DNA of 64,000 nt, from the NCBI GenBank assembly GCA_030390025.1, contig JASTWF010000034.1:5456001-5520000 (forward strand). Direction: 5' to 3'. This document shows, piece by piece, positions 32,530 through 46,245 of the stretch; position 1 is the stretch's first letter; the number at the start of each line of letters is the position of its first letter. The notes under the pieces were generated by a model. That model saw only the letters and a list, made by a program, of their open reading frames with translations, did no database searches and was not told the DNA's origin. The translations under genes were made by a program, and so were the position numbers. The stretch comes from Squalus acanthias (Eukaryota).

Positions 32530-33625
32530 CTGAATGAGCTCCTGGTCTCTGATCGAACAGTGTGTGTGTGTAAGTCTGAATGAGCTCCTGGTCACTGATC
32601 TAACAGTGTGTGTATGGGAGTCAGAATGAGCTCCTGGTCTATGATCTAACAGTGTGTGTGTGAGAGTCTGAATGGGCTCCTGGTCTCTTAACTTACTGTG
32701 CGTGTTTTGGAGTCTGAGTGGGCTCCTGGTCTCTGATCTAACAGTGTGTGTGTGGGAGTCTGAATGATCTCCTGGTCTCTGATCTAACAGTGTGTGTATG
32801 GGAGTCAGAATGAGCTCCTGGTCTATGATCTAACAGTGTGTGTGTGTGAGTCTGAATGGGCTCCTGGTCTCTGATCTAACAGTGTGTGTGTGGGAGTCAG
32901 AATGAGCTCCTGGTCTATGATCTAACAGTGTGTGTGTGTGAGTCTGTATGGGTTCCTGGTCTCTGATCTAACACTTTGTGTGTGGGAGCCTGAATGAGCT
33001 CCTGGTCTCTGATCTAACAGTGTGTGTGTGGGAGTCTGAATGGCTCCTGGTCTCTGATCCAACAGTGTGTGTCTGGGAGTCTGACTGAACTCCTGGTCTC
33101 TGATCTAACACTGTGTGTCTGGGTTTCTGAATGAGCTCCTGGTCTCTGATCGAACAGTGTGTGTGTGTAAGTCTGAATGAGCTCCTGGTCACTGATCTAA
33201 CAGTGTGTGTATGGGAGTCAGAATGAGCTCCTGGTCTATGATCTAACAGTGTGTGTGTGTGAGTCTGAATGGGCTCCTGGTCTCTTAACTTACTGCGCGT
33301 GTTTTGGAGTCTGAGTGGGCTCCTGGTCTCTGATCTAACAGTGTGTGTGTGGGAGTCTGAATGATCTCCTGGTCTCTGATCTAACAGTGTGTGTATGGGA
33401 GTCAGAATGAGCTCCTGGTCTATGATCTAACAGTGTGTGTGTGTGAGTCTGAATGGGCTCCTGGTCTCTGATCTAACAGTGTGTGTGTGGGAGTCAGAAT
33501 GAGCTCCTGGTCTATGATCTAACAGTGTGTGTGTGTGAGTCTGTATGGGTTCCTGGTCTCTGATCTAACACTTTGTGTGTGGGAGCCTGAATGAGCTCCT
33601 GGTCTCTGATCTAACAGTGTGTGTC
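32530..33625 (+). repeat. Local duplication within satellite A, offset 597 bp (13 monomers)
   Basis: Diagnostic TCTCTTAACTTACTG at 32684 and 33281. GATCGAACAGTGTGTGTGTGTAAGTC at 32551 and 33148. Confidence 0.8.
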
Positions 33626-36495
33626 TGGGAGTCTGAATGAGCTCCTGGTCTCTGATCTAACAATGAGTGTCTGGGTGTCTGAATGATCTCTTGCTCTCTG
33701 ATCTAACAGTGTGAGTGATAGTCTGAATGAGCTCCTGGTCTCTGATCTAACAATGTTTGTCTGTGTGTCTGAATGATCTCTTGCTCTCTGATCTAACAGT
33801 GTGTGTGGGAGTCTGAATGAACTCCTGGTCTCTGATCTACCACTGTGTGTGTGGGAGTCTGAATGGGCTCCTGGTCTCTGATCTAACACTGTGTGTGTGG
33901 GAGTCTGAATGAGCTCCTGGTCCCTGATCTACCACTGTGTGTGTGGGAGTCTGAATGAGCTCCTGCTCTCTGATCTAACATTGTGTGTGTGGGTGTCTGA
34001 ATGGGCTCCTGATCCCTGATCTAACAGTGTGTGTGTGAGAGTCTGAATGAGCTCCTTGTCTTTGATCTAACAGTGTGTGTGTCGGAGTCTGAATGAGCTC
34101 CTGGTCTTTGATCTAACAGTATGGGTGTGGGAGACTGACTTAACTCCTGGTCTCTGATCTAACACTGTTTGTCTGGGTGTCTGCATGAGCTCCTAGTCTC
34201 TGATCTACCACTGTGTGTGTGGGAGTCTGAATGGGCTCCTGGTCTCTGATCTAACACTGTGTGTGTGGGTGTCTGAATGAGCTCCTGGTCCCTGATCTAA
34301 CAGTGTGTGTGTGGGAGTCTGAATGAGCTCCTGATCCCTGATCTAATATTGTGTGTGTGGGTGTCTGAATGGGCTCCTGGTCTCTGATCTAACAGTGTGT
34401 GTGTGGGAGTCTGAATGGCTCCTGGTCTCTGATCCAACAGTGTGTGTCTGGGAGTCTGACTGAACTCCTGGTCTCTGATCTAACACTGTGTGTCTGTGTG
34501 TCTGAATGAGCTCTTGGTGTCTGATCTAACAGTGTGTGTCTGGGAGTCTGACTGAACTCCTGGTCTCTGATCTAACACTGCGTGTCTGGGTGTCTGAATG
34601 AGCTCTTGGTGTCTGATCTAACAGTGTGTGTGAGAGTCTGAAGGCGCTCTAGTTTCTGATCTAACAGTGTGTGTGTGGGAGTCTGAATGAGCTCCTGATC
34701 TCTGATCTAACAGTGTGTGTGTGGGTGTCTGAATGGGCTCCTGGTCTCTGATCTAACAGTGTGTGTGTGGGAGTCTGAATGGGATCCATGTCTCTGATCT
34801 AACTGTGTGTGTGGGGGATTCTGAATGGGCTCCTGGGCTCTGATTTAACAGTGTGTGTGTGGATGCCTGAATCGGCTCCTGGTCTCTGATCTAACAGTGT
34901 GTGTGAGAATCTGAATGAGCTCCTGGTCTCAGATCTAACATTGTGTGTCTGGGATTCTGAATGAGCTACTGGTCTCTTATCTAACAGTGTGTGTCTGGGA
35001 GTCTGAATTGGCACTTGGTCTCTGATCCAACAGTATTTGCTTGAAAGTCTGAATGAGCTCCTGGTCTCTGATCTAACAGTGTGTGTGTAGGAGTCAGCAT
35101 GAGCTCCTGGTCTCTGATCTAATAGTGTGTGAGTGGGAGGCAGAATGAGCTCCTGGTCTCTAATCTAACAGTGTGTGTTTGGGAGTCTGTATGGGTTCCT
35201 GGTCCCTGATCAAACAGTATATGTGTAGGCTTCTGAATTGGCTCCTGGTCTCTGATCTAACAGTGTGTGTATGGGAGTCTGAATTGGCTCCGGGTCTCTG
35301 ATCCAACAGTAGGTGCGTTGAAGTCTGAATGAGCTCGTGGTGTCTGATCTAACAGTGTGTGTGGGAATGTGAATGAGCTCCTGGACTCTGATCTAACAGT
35401 GAGTGTGTGTGAGTCAGAATGAGCTCCTGGTCTCTGAACTAACTGTGTGTGTTTTGGAGTCTGAGTGGGCTCCTGGTATCTGATCCAACAGTGTGTGTAT
35501 GGAAGTCTGAATTGGCTCCTGGCCTCTGGTACAACAGTATGTGCTTGGAAGTCTGAATGAACTCCTGGTCTCTGATCTAACAGTTGTGTGTGGGAGTCAG
35601 AATGAGCTCCTGCTCTCTGATCTAACAGTGTGTGTGTGGGAGAATGTATGGGTTCCTGGTCTCCGTTCTAACAATATTTGTGTGGGAGTCTGAATGTGCT
35701 CCTGCTCTCTGATCTAACAGTGTGTGTGTGGGAGTCTGAATGAGCTCCTGGTCTCTCATCTAACAGTATGTGTGTGGGAGTCTGAATGTGCTCCTGGTCT
35801 CTGATCTAACAGGGTGTGTCTGGGAGTCTGAATAAACTCCTGGTCTCTGATCTAACACTGTGTGTGATAGTCTGAATTAACTCCTGGTCTCTGATCTATC
35901 AATGAGTGTGTGGGTGTCTGAATGAGCTCTTTGTCTCTGATCTAACAGTGTATGTGGCTGCCTGAATGAGCTCCTGGTCTCTGATCTAACATTGATCGCG
36001 TAGGAGTCTGAATGAGCTCCTGGTCTCTGATCTAACACTGATCGCGTAGGAGTCTGAATGAGCTCCTGGTCTCTGATTTAACAGTGTGTGTGTGGGAGAC
36101 TGCATGGGCTCCTGGTGTCTGATCTAACAGTGTGTGTGTGTGTGGGAGTCTGAAATGGCTCCGGGTCTCTGATCCAACAGTAGGTGCGTTGAAGTCTGAA
36201 TGAGCTCCTGGTGTCTGATCTAACAGTGTGTGGGAATCTGAGTGAGCTCCTGGTCTCTGATCTAACAGTGTGTGTGTGGGAGTCGGAATGAGCTCCTGGT
36301 CTCTGATCTAACAGTGTGTGTCTGGGAGTCTGAATGAACTCCTGGTCTCTGATCTAACAGTATGTGTGATAGTCTGAATGAGCTCCTGGTCTCTGATCTA
36401 ACAATGTGTGTCTGGGAGTCTGAATTAACTCCTGGTCTCTGATCTAACAGTGTGTGTGCGAGTCTGAATGGGCTCCTGGTCTCTGATCTAACAGT

Positions 36496-37952
36496 CCATG
36501 GGGTGTGTCCGATCATGGACTCGGGCGTTTGGCCACTCCCAGGGTCTGTGTCCGATCATGGCCTCCGGCGTTTGACCAGTCCCCGGGGTGTTTCCGATCA
36601 TGGACTCGTGCGTTTTACCAGTCCCCGGGGAGTGTCCGATCATGGCCTCCGGCGTTTGACCAGTCCCCGGGGTGTGTCGGATCATGGAATCGGGCGCTTG
36701 ACCTTTCCCCGAGTCTGTGCCCGATCATGGACTCGGGCGTTTCACCATACCCGGGGAGTATCCAATCATGGACTCGGCTGTTTGACCAGTCCCCAGAGTG
36801 TGTCCGATCATGGAGTTCGGCGTTTGACCAGTCCCCTGTGTGTCTGATCATGGACTAGGGCGTTTGAACAGTCCCCTGTGTATCTGATCATGAACTCGGG
36901 CGTTTGACCAGTCCCCTGTGTGTCTGATCATGGACTAGGGCGTTTGAACAGTCCCCTGTGTGTCTGATCATGGACTCGGGCGTTTGACCAGTCCCCTGTG
37001 TGTCCGATCATGGAATCGGGCGTTTGACCATTCCCCGAGACTGTGCCCGATCATGGACTCGGGCGTTTCACCATACCCGGGGAGTATCCAATCATGGACT
37101 CGGCTGTTTGACCAGTCCCCAGAGTGTGTCCGATCATGGAGTCCGGCGTTTGACCAGTCCCCTGTGTGTCTGATCATGGACTAGGGCGTTTGAACAGTCC
37201 CCTGTGTATCTGATCATGAACTCGGGCGTTTGACCAGTCCCCTGTGTGTCTGATCATGGACTAGGGCGTTTGAACAGTCCCCTGTGTGTCTGATCATGGA
37301 CTCGGGCGTTTGACCAGTCCCCTGTGTTTCCGATCATGGACTCGGGCGTTTGACCAGTCCCCAGGATGTGTCTGATCATGGTCTCAGCCGTTTGACTTGT
37401 CCCAGTGATGTGTCTGATCACGGAGCCGTGGGTTTGACCGGTCGTGCTGGTGTGTCCATTCACAGACCCGGGGTTTGACCAGTCCCGGGAGTTTGACCTG
37501 TCTCGGGGTTGTGTCCGATTACGGACACGGGTGTTTGAGCGGTCCCAGTGTATTTGTCCGGTCGCAGGACCTGGGTGTTGGACCGGTCCGAGGAGTGTTT
37601 CCGATCATGGTTCCAGTGGCTGACCAGGCCCGCGGGTTAAACTGGTCCCGGTGGTTTGACCAGTTCCGCGGTGTGTCCGTTGAAGGAACCGGTGGTTTAA
37701 CTGGACCCAGGGGTGTTTTCGATCGTGGACCCAGGAGTTTGAACAGTCCTGGTGGTTTGACCAGTCACAGGAGTTTCAACGCTCCCAGGGGTGTGTCTGA
37801 TCACAGACCCGCAGGTTTGACCGGTCCCAGGAACGGGTCTGATTAGCGACACGCAGGTTTGACCAGACCCGGGGGTTTGGCCTATACCAGGGTTATAAGC
37901 AGTCCCAGGGATGTGACCGATCACAGACCCGGGGGTTTGAACGGTTCCAGGT
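36496..37952 (+). repeat. Satellite B block 2 (1,457 bp)
   Basis: Same 40/42-bp units and same degenerate right end as block 1, plus a 326-bp internal duplication. Confidence 0.93.
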
Positions 37953-40208
37953 GATTAAATTGTGTGTGTAGGAGTCTGAATGTGCTCCTGCTCTCTGATT
38001 TAACAGTGTGTGTGTGGAAGTCTGAATGGGCACCTGTTCTCTGATCTAACAGTGTGTTTGTGGGAGTCTGAATGAGTTCCTGGGCTCTGATCTAACAGTG
38101 TCTTTGTGGGAGTCTGAATGGGCTCCTGGTCTCTGATTTAACAGTGGGTGTGTGGGAGTCTGAATTAGCTCCTGATCTCTGTTCTAACATTGTGTGTGTG
38201 GGAGTCTGAATTAGCTCATGGTCTCTGATCTAACAGAGTGTGTGCGGGAATCTGAATGGGCTCCTGTTCTCTGATCTAACAGTGTGTTTGTGGGAGTCTG
38301 AATGGGCTACTTGTCACTGATGTAAAAGTGTGTGTGTGGAAGTCTGAATGGGCTCCTGGTCTCTGATCTAACAGTGTGTGTGTGGGAGTCTGAATGATCT
38401 CCTGCTCTGTGATCTAACAGTTTGTGTGTTGCAGCCTGACAGGGCTCCTGGTAACTCATTTAACAGTGTATGTGTGGGAGTCTGATTGAGCTCCTGATCC
38501 CTGATCTGGCAGTGTGTATGTGGGTGTCTGAATGAGCTCCTGGTCTCTCATCTAAGAGTCTGTCAGTGGGAGTCTGAATGAGCTCCTCGTCTATTTTCTA
38601 AACGTATTTCTGGGATTCTGAATGAGCTCCTGGTCTCACATCTAACAGTGTGTGTGTGGGAGTCTGAATGGGCTCCTGGTCTCTGATCTAACAATGTTTG
38701 TGTGGGAGTCTGAATGGGCTCCTGGTCTCTGTTGTAAGAGAGTGTGTGTGGGAGTCCGAATGAGCTCCTGGCCTCTGATCTAACAGTGTGTGAGTGATAG
38801 TCTGAATGGGCTCCCGGTCTCTGATCTTACGGTGTGTGTGTGGGAGTCTGAATGGGCTCATGGTCTCTGATCTAACAGTGTGTGTGTGGGAGACTGAATG
38901 GGCTCCTGGTCTCTGATCTAGCAGTGTGTGTGTGGGAGTCTGAATGAGCTCCCGGTCTCTGATCTAACAGTGTGTGTGTGTGAGTCTGAATGGGCTCCTG
39001 TTCTCTGATCTTACAGTGTGTGTGTGGGAGTCTGAATGGGCTCCTGTTCTCTGATCTAAAAATGTGTGTGTGGGAGTCTGAATGGGCTCCTGGTCTCTGT
39101 TGTAAGAGAGTGTGTGTTGGAGTCCGAATGAGCTCCTGTCCTCTGATCTAACAGTGTGTGTGTGGGAGTCTGAATGGGCTCCTGGATTCTGATCTTACAG
39201 CGTTTGTGTGGGAGTCTGAATGGGCTCCTGGTCTCTGTTGTAAGAGAGTGTGTGTGGGAGTCTGAATGGGCTCTTGCTCTCTGATCCAACAGTGTATGTG
39301 TCGGAGTCCGAATGGGCTCCTGGTCTCTGATCTAACAATGCGTGTGTGGGAGTCTGAATGGGCTCCTGGTCTCAGATATCACAGGTTGTGTGTGTGAGTC
39401 TGATGGGCTCCTGGTCTCTGATCTAACAGTGTCTGTGGGAGTCTGAATGAGCTCCTGGTCTCTGATATCACAGATTGTGTGTCGGAGTCCGAATGGGCTC
39501 CTGGTCTCTGATCTAACAATGTGTGTGTATGGGAGACTGAATGCTCTCATGATCTCTGATCTAACAGTGTTTGTGTGGGAATCTGAATGGGCTCCTGGTC
39601 TCTGATCGAACAGTGTGTGTGTCGGTGTCTGAATGGGCTCCTGGTCTCTGATCTCACAGTGTCTGTGCGGGAGCCTGTATTGGCTCCTGGTCTCTGATCT
39701 AACAGTGTGAATGTGGGAGTCTGAAGGGGCTCTTGCTCTCTGATCTAACAGTGAGTGTTTGGGAGACCGAAAGGGCTCCTGGTCTCTGATTTAACAGTGT
39801 GTGTGTGGGAGACTGCATGGGCTCCTGGTGTCTGATCTAACAGTGTGTGTGTGTGTGGGAGTCTGAAATGGCTCCGGGTCTCTGATCCAACAGTAGGTGC
39901 GTTGAAGTCTGAATGAGCTCCTGGTGTCTGATCTAACAGTGTGTGGGAATCTGAGTGAGCTCCTGGTCTCTGATCTAACAGTGTGTGTGTGGGAGTCGGA
40001 ATGAGCTCCTGGTCTCTGATCTAACAGTGTGTGTCTGGGAGTCTGAATGAACTCCTGGTCTCTGATCTAACAGTATGTGTGATAGTCTGAATGAGCTCCT
40101 GGTCTCTGATCTAACAATGTGTGTCTGGGAGTCTGAATTAACTCCTGGTCTCTGATCTAACAGTGTGTGTGCGAGTCTGAATGGGCTCCTGGTCTCTGAT
40201 CTAACAGT

Positions 40209-41665
40209 CCATGGGGTGTGTCCGATCATGGACTCGGGCGTTTGGCCACTCCCCGGGTCTGTGTCCGATCATGGCCTCCGGCGTTTGACCAGTCCCCGGG
40301 GTGTTTCCGATCATGGACTCGTGCGTTTTACCAGTCCCCGGGGAGTGTCCGATCATGGCCTCCGGCGTTTGACCAGTCCCCGGGGTGTGTCGGATCATGG
40401 AATCGGGCGCTTGACCTTTCCCCGAGACTGTGCCCGATCATGGACTCGGGCGTTTCACCATACCCGGGGAGTATCCAATCATGGACTCGGCTGTTTGACC
40501 AGTCCCCAGAGTGTGTCCGATCATGGAGTCCGGCGTTTGACCAGTCCCCTGTGTGTCTGATCATGGACTAGGGCGTTTGAACAGTCCCCTGTGTATCTGA
40601 TCATGAACTCGGGCGTTTGACCAGTCCCCTGTGTGTCTGATCATGGACTAGGGCGTTTGAACAGTCCCCTGTGTGTCTGATCATGGACTCGGGCGTTTGA
40701 CCAGTCCCCTGTGTGTCCGATCATGGAATCGGGCGTTTGACCATTCCCCGAGACTGTGCCCGATCATGGACTCGGGCGTTTCACCATACCCGGGGAGTAT
40801 CCAATCATGGACTCGGCTGTTTGACCAGTCCCCAGAGTGTGTCCGATCATGGAGTCCGGCGTTTGACCAGTCCCCTGTGTGTCTGATCATGGACTAGGGC
40901 GTTTGAACAGTCCCCTGTGTATCTGATCATGAACTCGGGCGTTTGACCAGTCCCCTGTGTGTCTGATCATGGACTAGGGCGTTTGAACAGTCCCCTGTGT
41001 GTCTGATCATGGACTCGGGCGTTTGACCAGTCCCCTGTGTTTCCGATCATGGACTCGGGCGTTTGACCAGTCCCCAGGATGTGTCTGATCATGGTCTCAG
41101 CCGTTTGACTTGTCCCAGTGATGTGTCTGATCACGGAGCCGTGGGTTTGACCGGTCGTGCTGGTGTGTCCATTCACAGACCCGGGGTTTGACCAGTCCCG
41201 GGAGTTTGACCTGTCTCGGGGTTGTGTCCGATTACGGACACGGGTGTTTGAGCGGTCCCAGTGTATTTGTCCGGTCGCAGGACCTGGGTGTTGGACCGGT
41301 CCGAGGAGTGTTTCCGATCATGGTTCCAGTGGCTGACCAGGCCCGCGGGTTAAACTGGTCCCGGTGGTTTGACCAGATCCGCGGTGTGTCCGTTGAAGGA
41401 ACCGGTGGTTTAACTGGACCCAGGGGTGTTTTCGATCGTGGACCCAGGAGTTTGAACAGTCCTGGTGGTTTGACCAGTCACAGGAGTTTCAACGCTCCCA
41501 GGGGTGTGTCTGATCACAGACCCGCAGGTTTGACCGGTCCCAGGAACGGGTCTGATTAGCGACACGCAGGTTTGACCAGACCCGGGGGTTTGGCCTATAC
41601 CAGGGTTATAAGCAGTCCCAGGGATGTGACCGATCACAGACCCGGGGGTTTGAACGGTTCCAGGT
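40209..41665 (+). repeat. Satellite B block 3 (1,457 bp)
   Basis: Near-identical to block 2, offset +3713. Confidence 0.93.
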
Positions 41666-44600
41666 GATTAAATTGTGTGTGTAGGAGTCTGAATGTGCTC
41701 CTGCTCTCTGATTTAACAGTGTGTGTGTGGAAGTCTGAATGGGCACCTGTTCTCTGATCTAACAGTGTGTTTGTGGGAGTCTGAATGAGTTCCTGGGCTC
41801 TGATCTAACAGTGTCTTTGTGGGAGTCTGAATGGGCTCCTGGTCTCTGATTTAACAGTGGGTGTGTGGGAGTCTGAATTAGCTCCTGATCTCTGTTCTAA
41901 CATTGTGTGTGTGGGAGTCTGAATTAGCTCATGGTCTCTGATCTAACAGAGTGTGTGCGGGAATCTGAATGGGCTCCTGTTCTCTGATCTAACAGTGTGT
42001 TTGTGGGAGTCTGAATGGGCTACTTGTCACTGATGTAAAAGTGTGTGTGTGGAAGTCTGAATGGGCTCCTGGTCTCTGATCTAACAGTGTGTGTGTGGGA
42101 GTCTGAATGATCTCCTGCTCTGTGATCTAACAGTTTGTGTGTTGCAGCCTGACAGGGCTCCTGGTAACTCATTTAACAGTGTATGTGTGGGAGTCTGATT
42201 GAGCTCCTGATCCCTGATCTGGCAGTGTGTATGTGGGAGTCTGAATGAGCTCCTGGTCTCTCATCTAAGAGTCTGTCAGTGGGAGTCTGAATGAGCTCCT
42301 CGTCTATTTTCTAAACGTATTTCTGGGATTCTGAATGAGCTCCTGGTCTCACATCTAACAGTGTGTGTGTGGGAGTCTGAATGGGCTCCTGGTCTCTGAT
42401 CTAACAATGTTTGTGTGGGAGTCTGAATGGGCTCCTGGTCTCTGTTGTAAGAGAGTGTGTGTGGGAGTCCGAATGAGCTCCTGGCCTCTGATCTAACAGT
42501 GTGTGAGTGATAGTCTGAATGGGCTCCCGGTCTCTGATCTTACGGTGTGTGTGTGGGAGTCTGAATGGGCTCATGGTCTCTGATCTAACAGTGTGTGTGT
42601 GGGAGACTGAATGGGCTCCTGGTCTCTGATCTAGCAGTGTGTGTGTGGGAGTCTGAATGAGCTCCCGGTCTCTGATCTAACAGTGTGTGTGTGTGAGTCT
42701 GAATGGGCTCCTGTTCTCTGATCTTACAGTGTGTGTGTGGGAGTCTGAATGGGCTCCTGTTCTCTGATCTAAAAATGTGTGTGTGGGAGTCTGAATGGGC
42801 TCCTGGTCTCTGTTGTAAGAGAGTGTGTGTTGGAGTCCGAATGAGCTCCTGTCCTCTGATCTAACAGTGTGTGTGTGGGAGTCTGAATGGGCTCCTGGAT
42901 TCTGATCTTACAGCGTTTGTGTGGGAGTCTGAATGGGCTCCTGGTCTCTGTTGTAAGAGAGTGTGTGTGGGAGTCTGAATGGGCTCTTGCTCTCTGATCC
43001 AACAGTGTATGTGTCGGAGTCCGAATGGGCTCCTGGTCTCTGATCTAACAATGCGTGTGTGGGAGTCTGAATGGGCTCCTGGTCTCAGATATCACAGGTT
43101 GTGTGTGTGAGTCTGATGGGCTCCTGGTCTCTGATCTAACAGTGTCTGTGGGAGTCTGAATGAGCTCCTGGTCTCTGATATCACAGATTGTGTGTCGGAG
43201 TCCGAATGGGCTCCTGGTCTCTGATCTAACAATGTGTGTGTATGGGAGACTGAATGCTCTCATGATCTCTGATCTAACAGTGTTTGTGTGGGAATCTGAA
43301 TGGGCTCCTGGTCTCTGATCGAACAGTGTGTGTGTCGGTGTCTGAATGGGCTCCTGGTCTCTGATCTCACAGTGTCTGTGCGGGAGCCTGTATTGGCTCC
43401 TGGTCTCTGATCTAACAGTGTGAATGTGGGAGTCTGAAGGGGCTCTTGCTCTCTGATCTAACAGTGAGTGTTTGGGAGACCGAAAGGCCTCCTGGTCTCT
43501 GATCTAACAATGTGTGTGTGGGAGTCTGAAACAGCTCCTGGTCTCTGATCTAACAGTGTCTGAGTGGGAGTCTGAATGGGCTCCGGGTCTCTGATCCAAC
43601 AGTAGGTGCGTTGAAGTCTGAATGAGCTCGTGGTGTCTGATCTAACAGTGTGTGTGGGAATGTGAATGAGCTCCTGGACTCTGATCTAACAGTGAGTGTG
43701 TGTGAGTCAGAATGAGCTCCTGGTCTCTGAACTAACTGTGTGTGTTTTGGAGTCTGAGTGGGCTCCTGGTATCTGATCCAACAGTGTGTGTATGGAAGTC
43801 TGAATTGGCTCCTGGCCTCTGGTACAACAGTATGTGCTTGGAAGTCTGAATGAACTCCTGGTCTCTGATCTAACAGTTGTGTGTGGGAGTCAGAATGAGC
43901 TCCTGCTCTCTGATCTAACAGTGTGTGTGTGGGAGAATGTATGGGTTCCTGGTCTCCGATCTAACAATATTTGTGTGGGAGTCTGAATGTGCTCCTGCTC
44001 TCTGATCTAACAGTGTGTGTGTGGGAGTCTGAATGAGCTCCTGGTCTCTCATCTAACAGTATGTGTGTGGGAGTCTGAATGTGCTCCTGGTCTCTGATCT
44101 AACAGTGTGTGTCTGGGAGTCTGAATAAACTCCTGGTCTCTGATCTAACACTGTGTGTGATAGTCTGAATTAACTCCTGGTCTCTGATCTATCAATGAGT
44201 GTGTGGGTGTCTGAATGAGCTCTTTGTCTCTGATCTAACAGTGTATGTGGCTGCCTGAATGAGCTCCTGGTCTCTGATCTAACATTGATCGCGTAGGAGT
44301 CTGAATGAGCTCCTGGTCTCTGATCTAACACTGATCGCGTAGGAGTCTGAATGAGCTCCTGGTCTCTGATTTAACAGTGTGTGTGTGGGAGACTGCATGG
44401 GCTCCTGGTGTCTGATCTAACAGTGTGTGTGTGTGTGGGAGTCTGAAATGGCTCCGGGTCTCTGATCCAACAGTAGGTGCGTTGAAGTCTGAATGAGCTC
44501 CTGGTGTCTGATCTAACAGTGTGTGGGAATCTGAGTGAGCTCCTGGTCTCTGATCTAACAGTGTGTGTGTGGGAGTCGGAATGAGCTCCTGGTCTCTGAT

Positions 44601-44788
44601 CTAACAGTGTGTGTCTGGGAGTCTGAATGAACTCCTGGTCTCTGATCTAACAGTATGTGTGATAGTCTGAATGAGCTCCTGGTCTCTGATCTAACAATGT
44701 GTGTCTGGGAGTCTGAATTAACTCCTGGTCTCTGATCTAACAGTGTGTGTGCGAGTCTGAATGGGCTCCTGGTCTCTGATCTAACAGT

Positions 44789-46245
44789 CCATGGGGTGTG
44801 TCCGATCATGGACTCGGGCGTTTGGCCACTCCCCGGGTCTGTGTCCGATCATGGCCTCCGGCGTTTGACCAGTCCCCGGGGTGTTTCCGATCATGGACTC
44901 GTGCGTTTTACCAGTCCCCGGGGAGTGTCCGATCATGGCCTCCGGCGTTTGACCAGTCCCCGGGGTGTGTCGGATCATGGAATCGGGCGCTTGACCATTC
45001 CCCGAGACTGTGCCCGATCATGGACTCGGGCGTTTCACCATACCCGGGGAGTATCCAATCATGGACTCGGCTGTTTGACCAGTCCCCAGAGTGTGTCCGA
45101 TCATGGAGTCCGGCGTTTGACCAGTCCCCTGTGTGTCTGATCATGGACTAGGGCGTTTGAACAGTCCCCTGTGTATCTGATCATGAACTCGGGCGTTTGA
45201 CCAGTCCCCTGTGTGTCTGATCATGGACTAGGGCGTTTGAACAGTCCCCTGTGTGTCTGATCATGGACTCGGGCGTTTGACCAGTCCCCTGTGTGTCCGA
45301 TCATGGAATCGGGCGTTTGACCATTCCCCGAGACTGTGCCCGATCATGGACTCGGGCGTTTCACCATACCCGGGGAGTATCCAATCATGGACTCGGCTGT
45401 TTGACCAGTCCCCAGAGTGTGTCCGATCATGGAGTCCGGCGTTTGACCAGTCCCCTGTGTGTCTGATCATGGACTAGGGCGTTTGAACAGTCCCCTGTGT
45501 ATCTGATCATGAACTCGGGCGTTTGACCAGTCCCCTGTGTGTCTGATCATGGACTAGGGCGTTTGAACAGTCCCCTGTGTGTCTGATCATGGACTCGGGC
45601 GTTTGACCAGTCCCCTGTGTTTCCGATCATGGACTCGGGCGTTTGACCAGTCCCCAGGATGTGTCTGATCATGGTCTCAGCCGTTTGACTTGTCCCAGTG
45701 ATGTGTCTGATCACGGAGCCGTGGGTTTGACCGGTCGTGCTGGTGTGTCCATTCACAGACCCGGGGTTTGACCAGTCCCGGGAGTTTGACCTGTCTCGGG
45801 GTTGTGTCCGATTACGGACACGGGTGTTTGAGCGGTCCCAGTGTATTTGTCCGGTCGCAGGACCTGGGTGTTGGACCGGTCCGAGGAGTGTTTCCGATCA
45901 TGGTTCCAGTGGCTGACCAGGCCCGCGGGTTAAACTGGTCCCGGTGGTTTGACCAGTTCCGCGGTGTGTCCGTTGAAGGAACCGGTGGTTTAACTGGACC
46001 CAGGGGTGTTTTCGATCGTGGACCCAGGAGTTTGAACAGTCCTGGTGGTTTGACCAGTCACAGGAGTTTCAACGCTCCCAGGGGTGTGTCTGATCACAGA
46101 CCCGCAGGTTTGACCGGTCCCAGGAACGGGTCTGATTAGCGACACGCAGGTTTGACCAGACCCGGGGGTTTGGCCTATACCAGGGTTATAAGCAGTCCCA
46201 GGGATGTGACCGATCACAGACCCGGGGGTTTGAACGGTTCCAGGT
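44789..46245 (+). repeat. Satellite B block 4 (1,457 bp)
   Basis: Near-identical to block 3, offset +4580. Confidence 0.93.
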
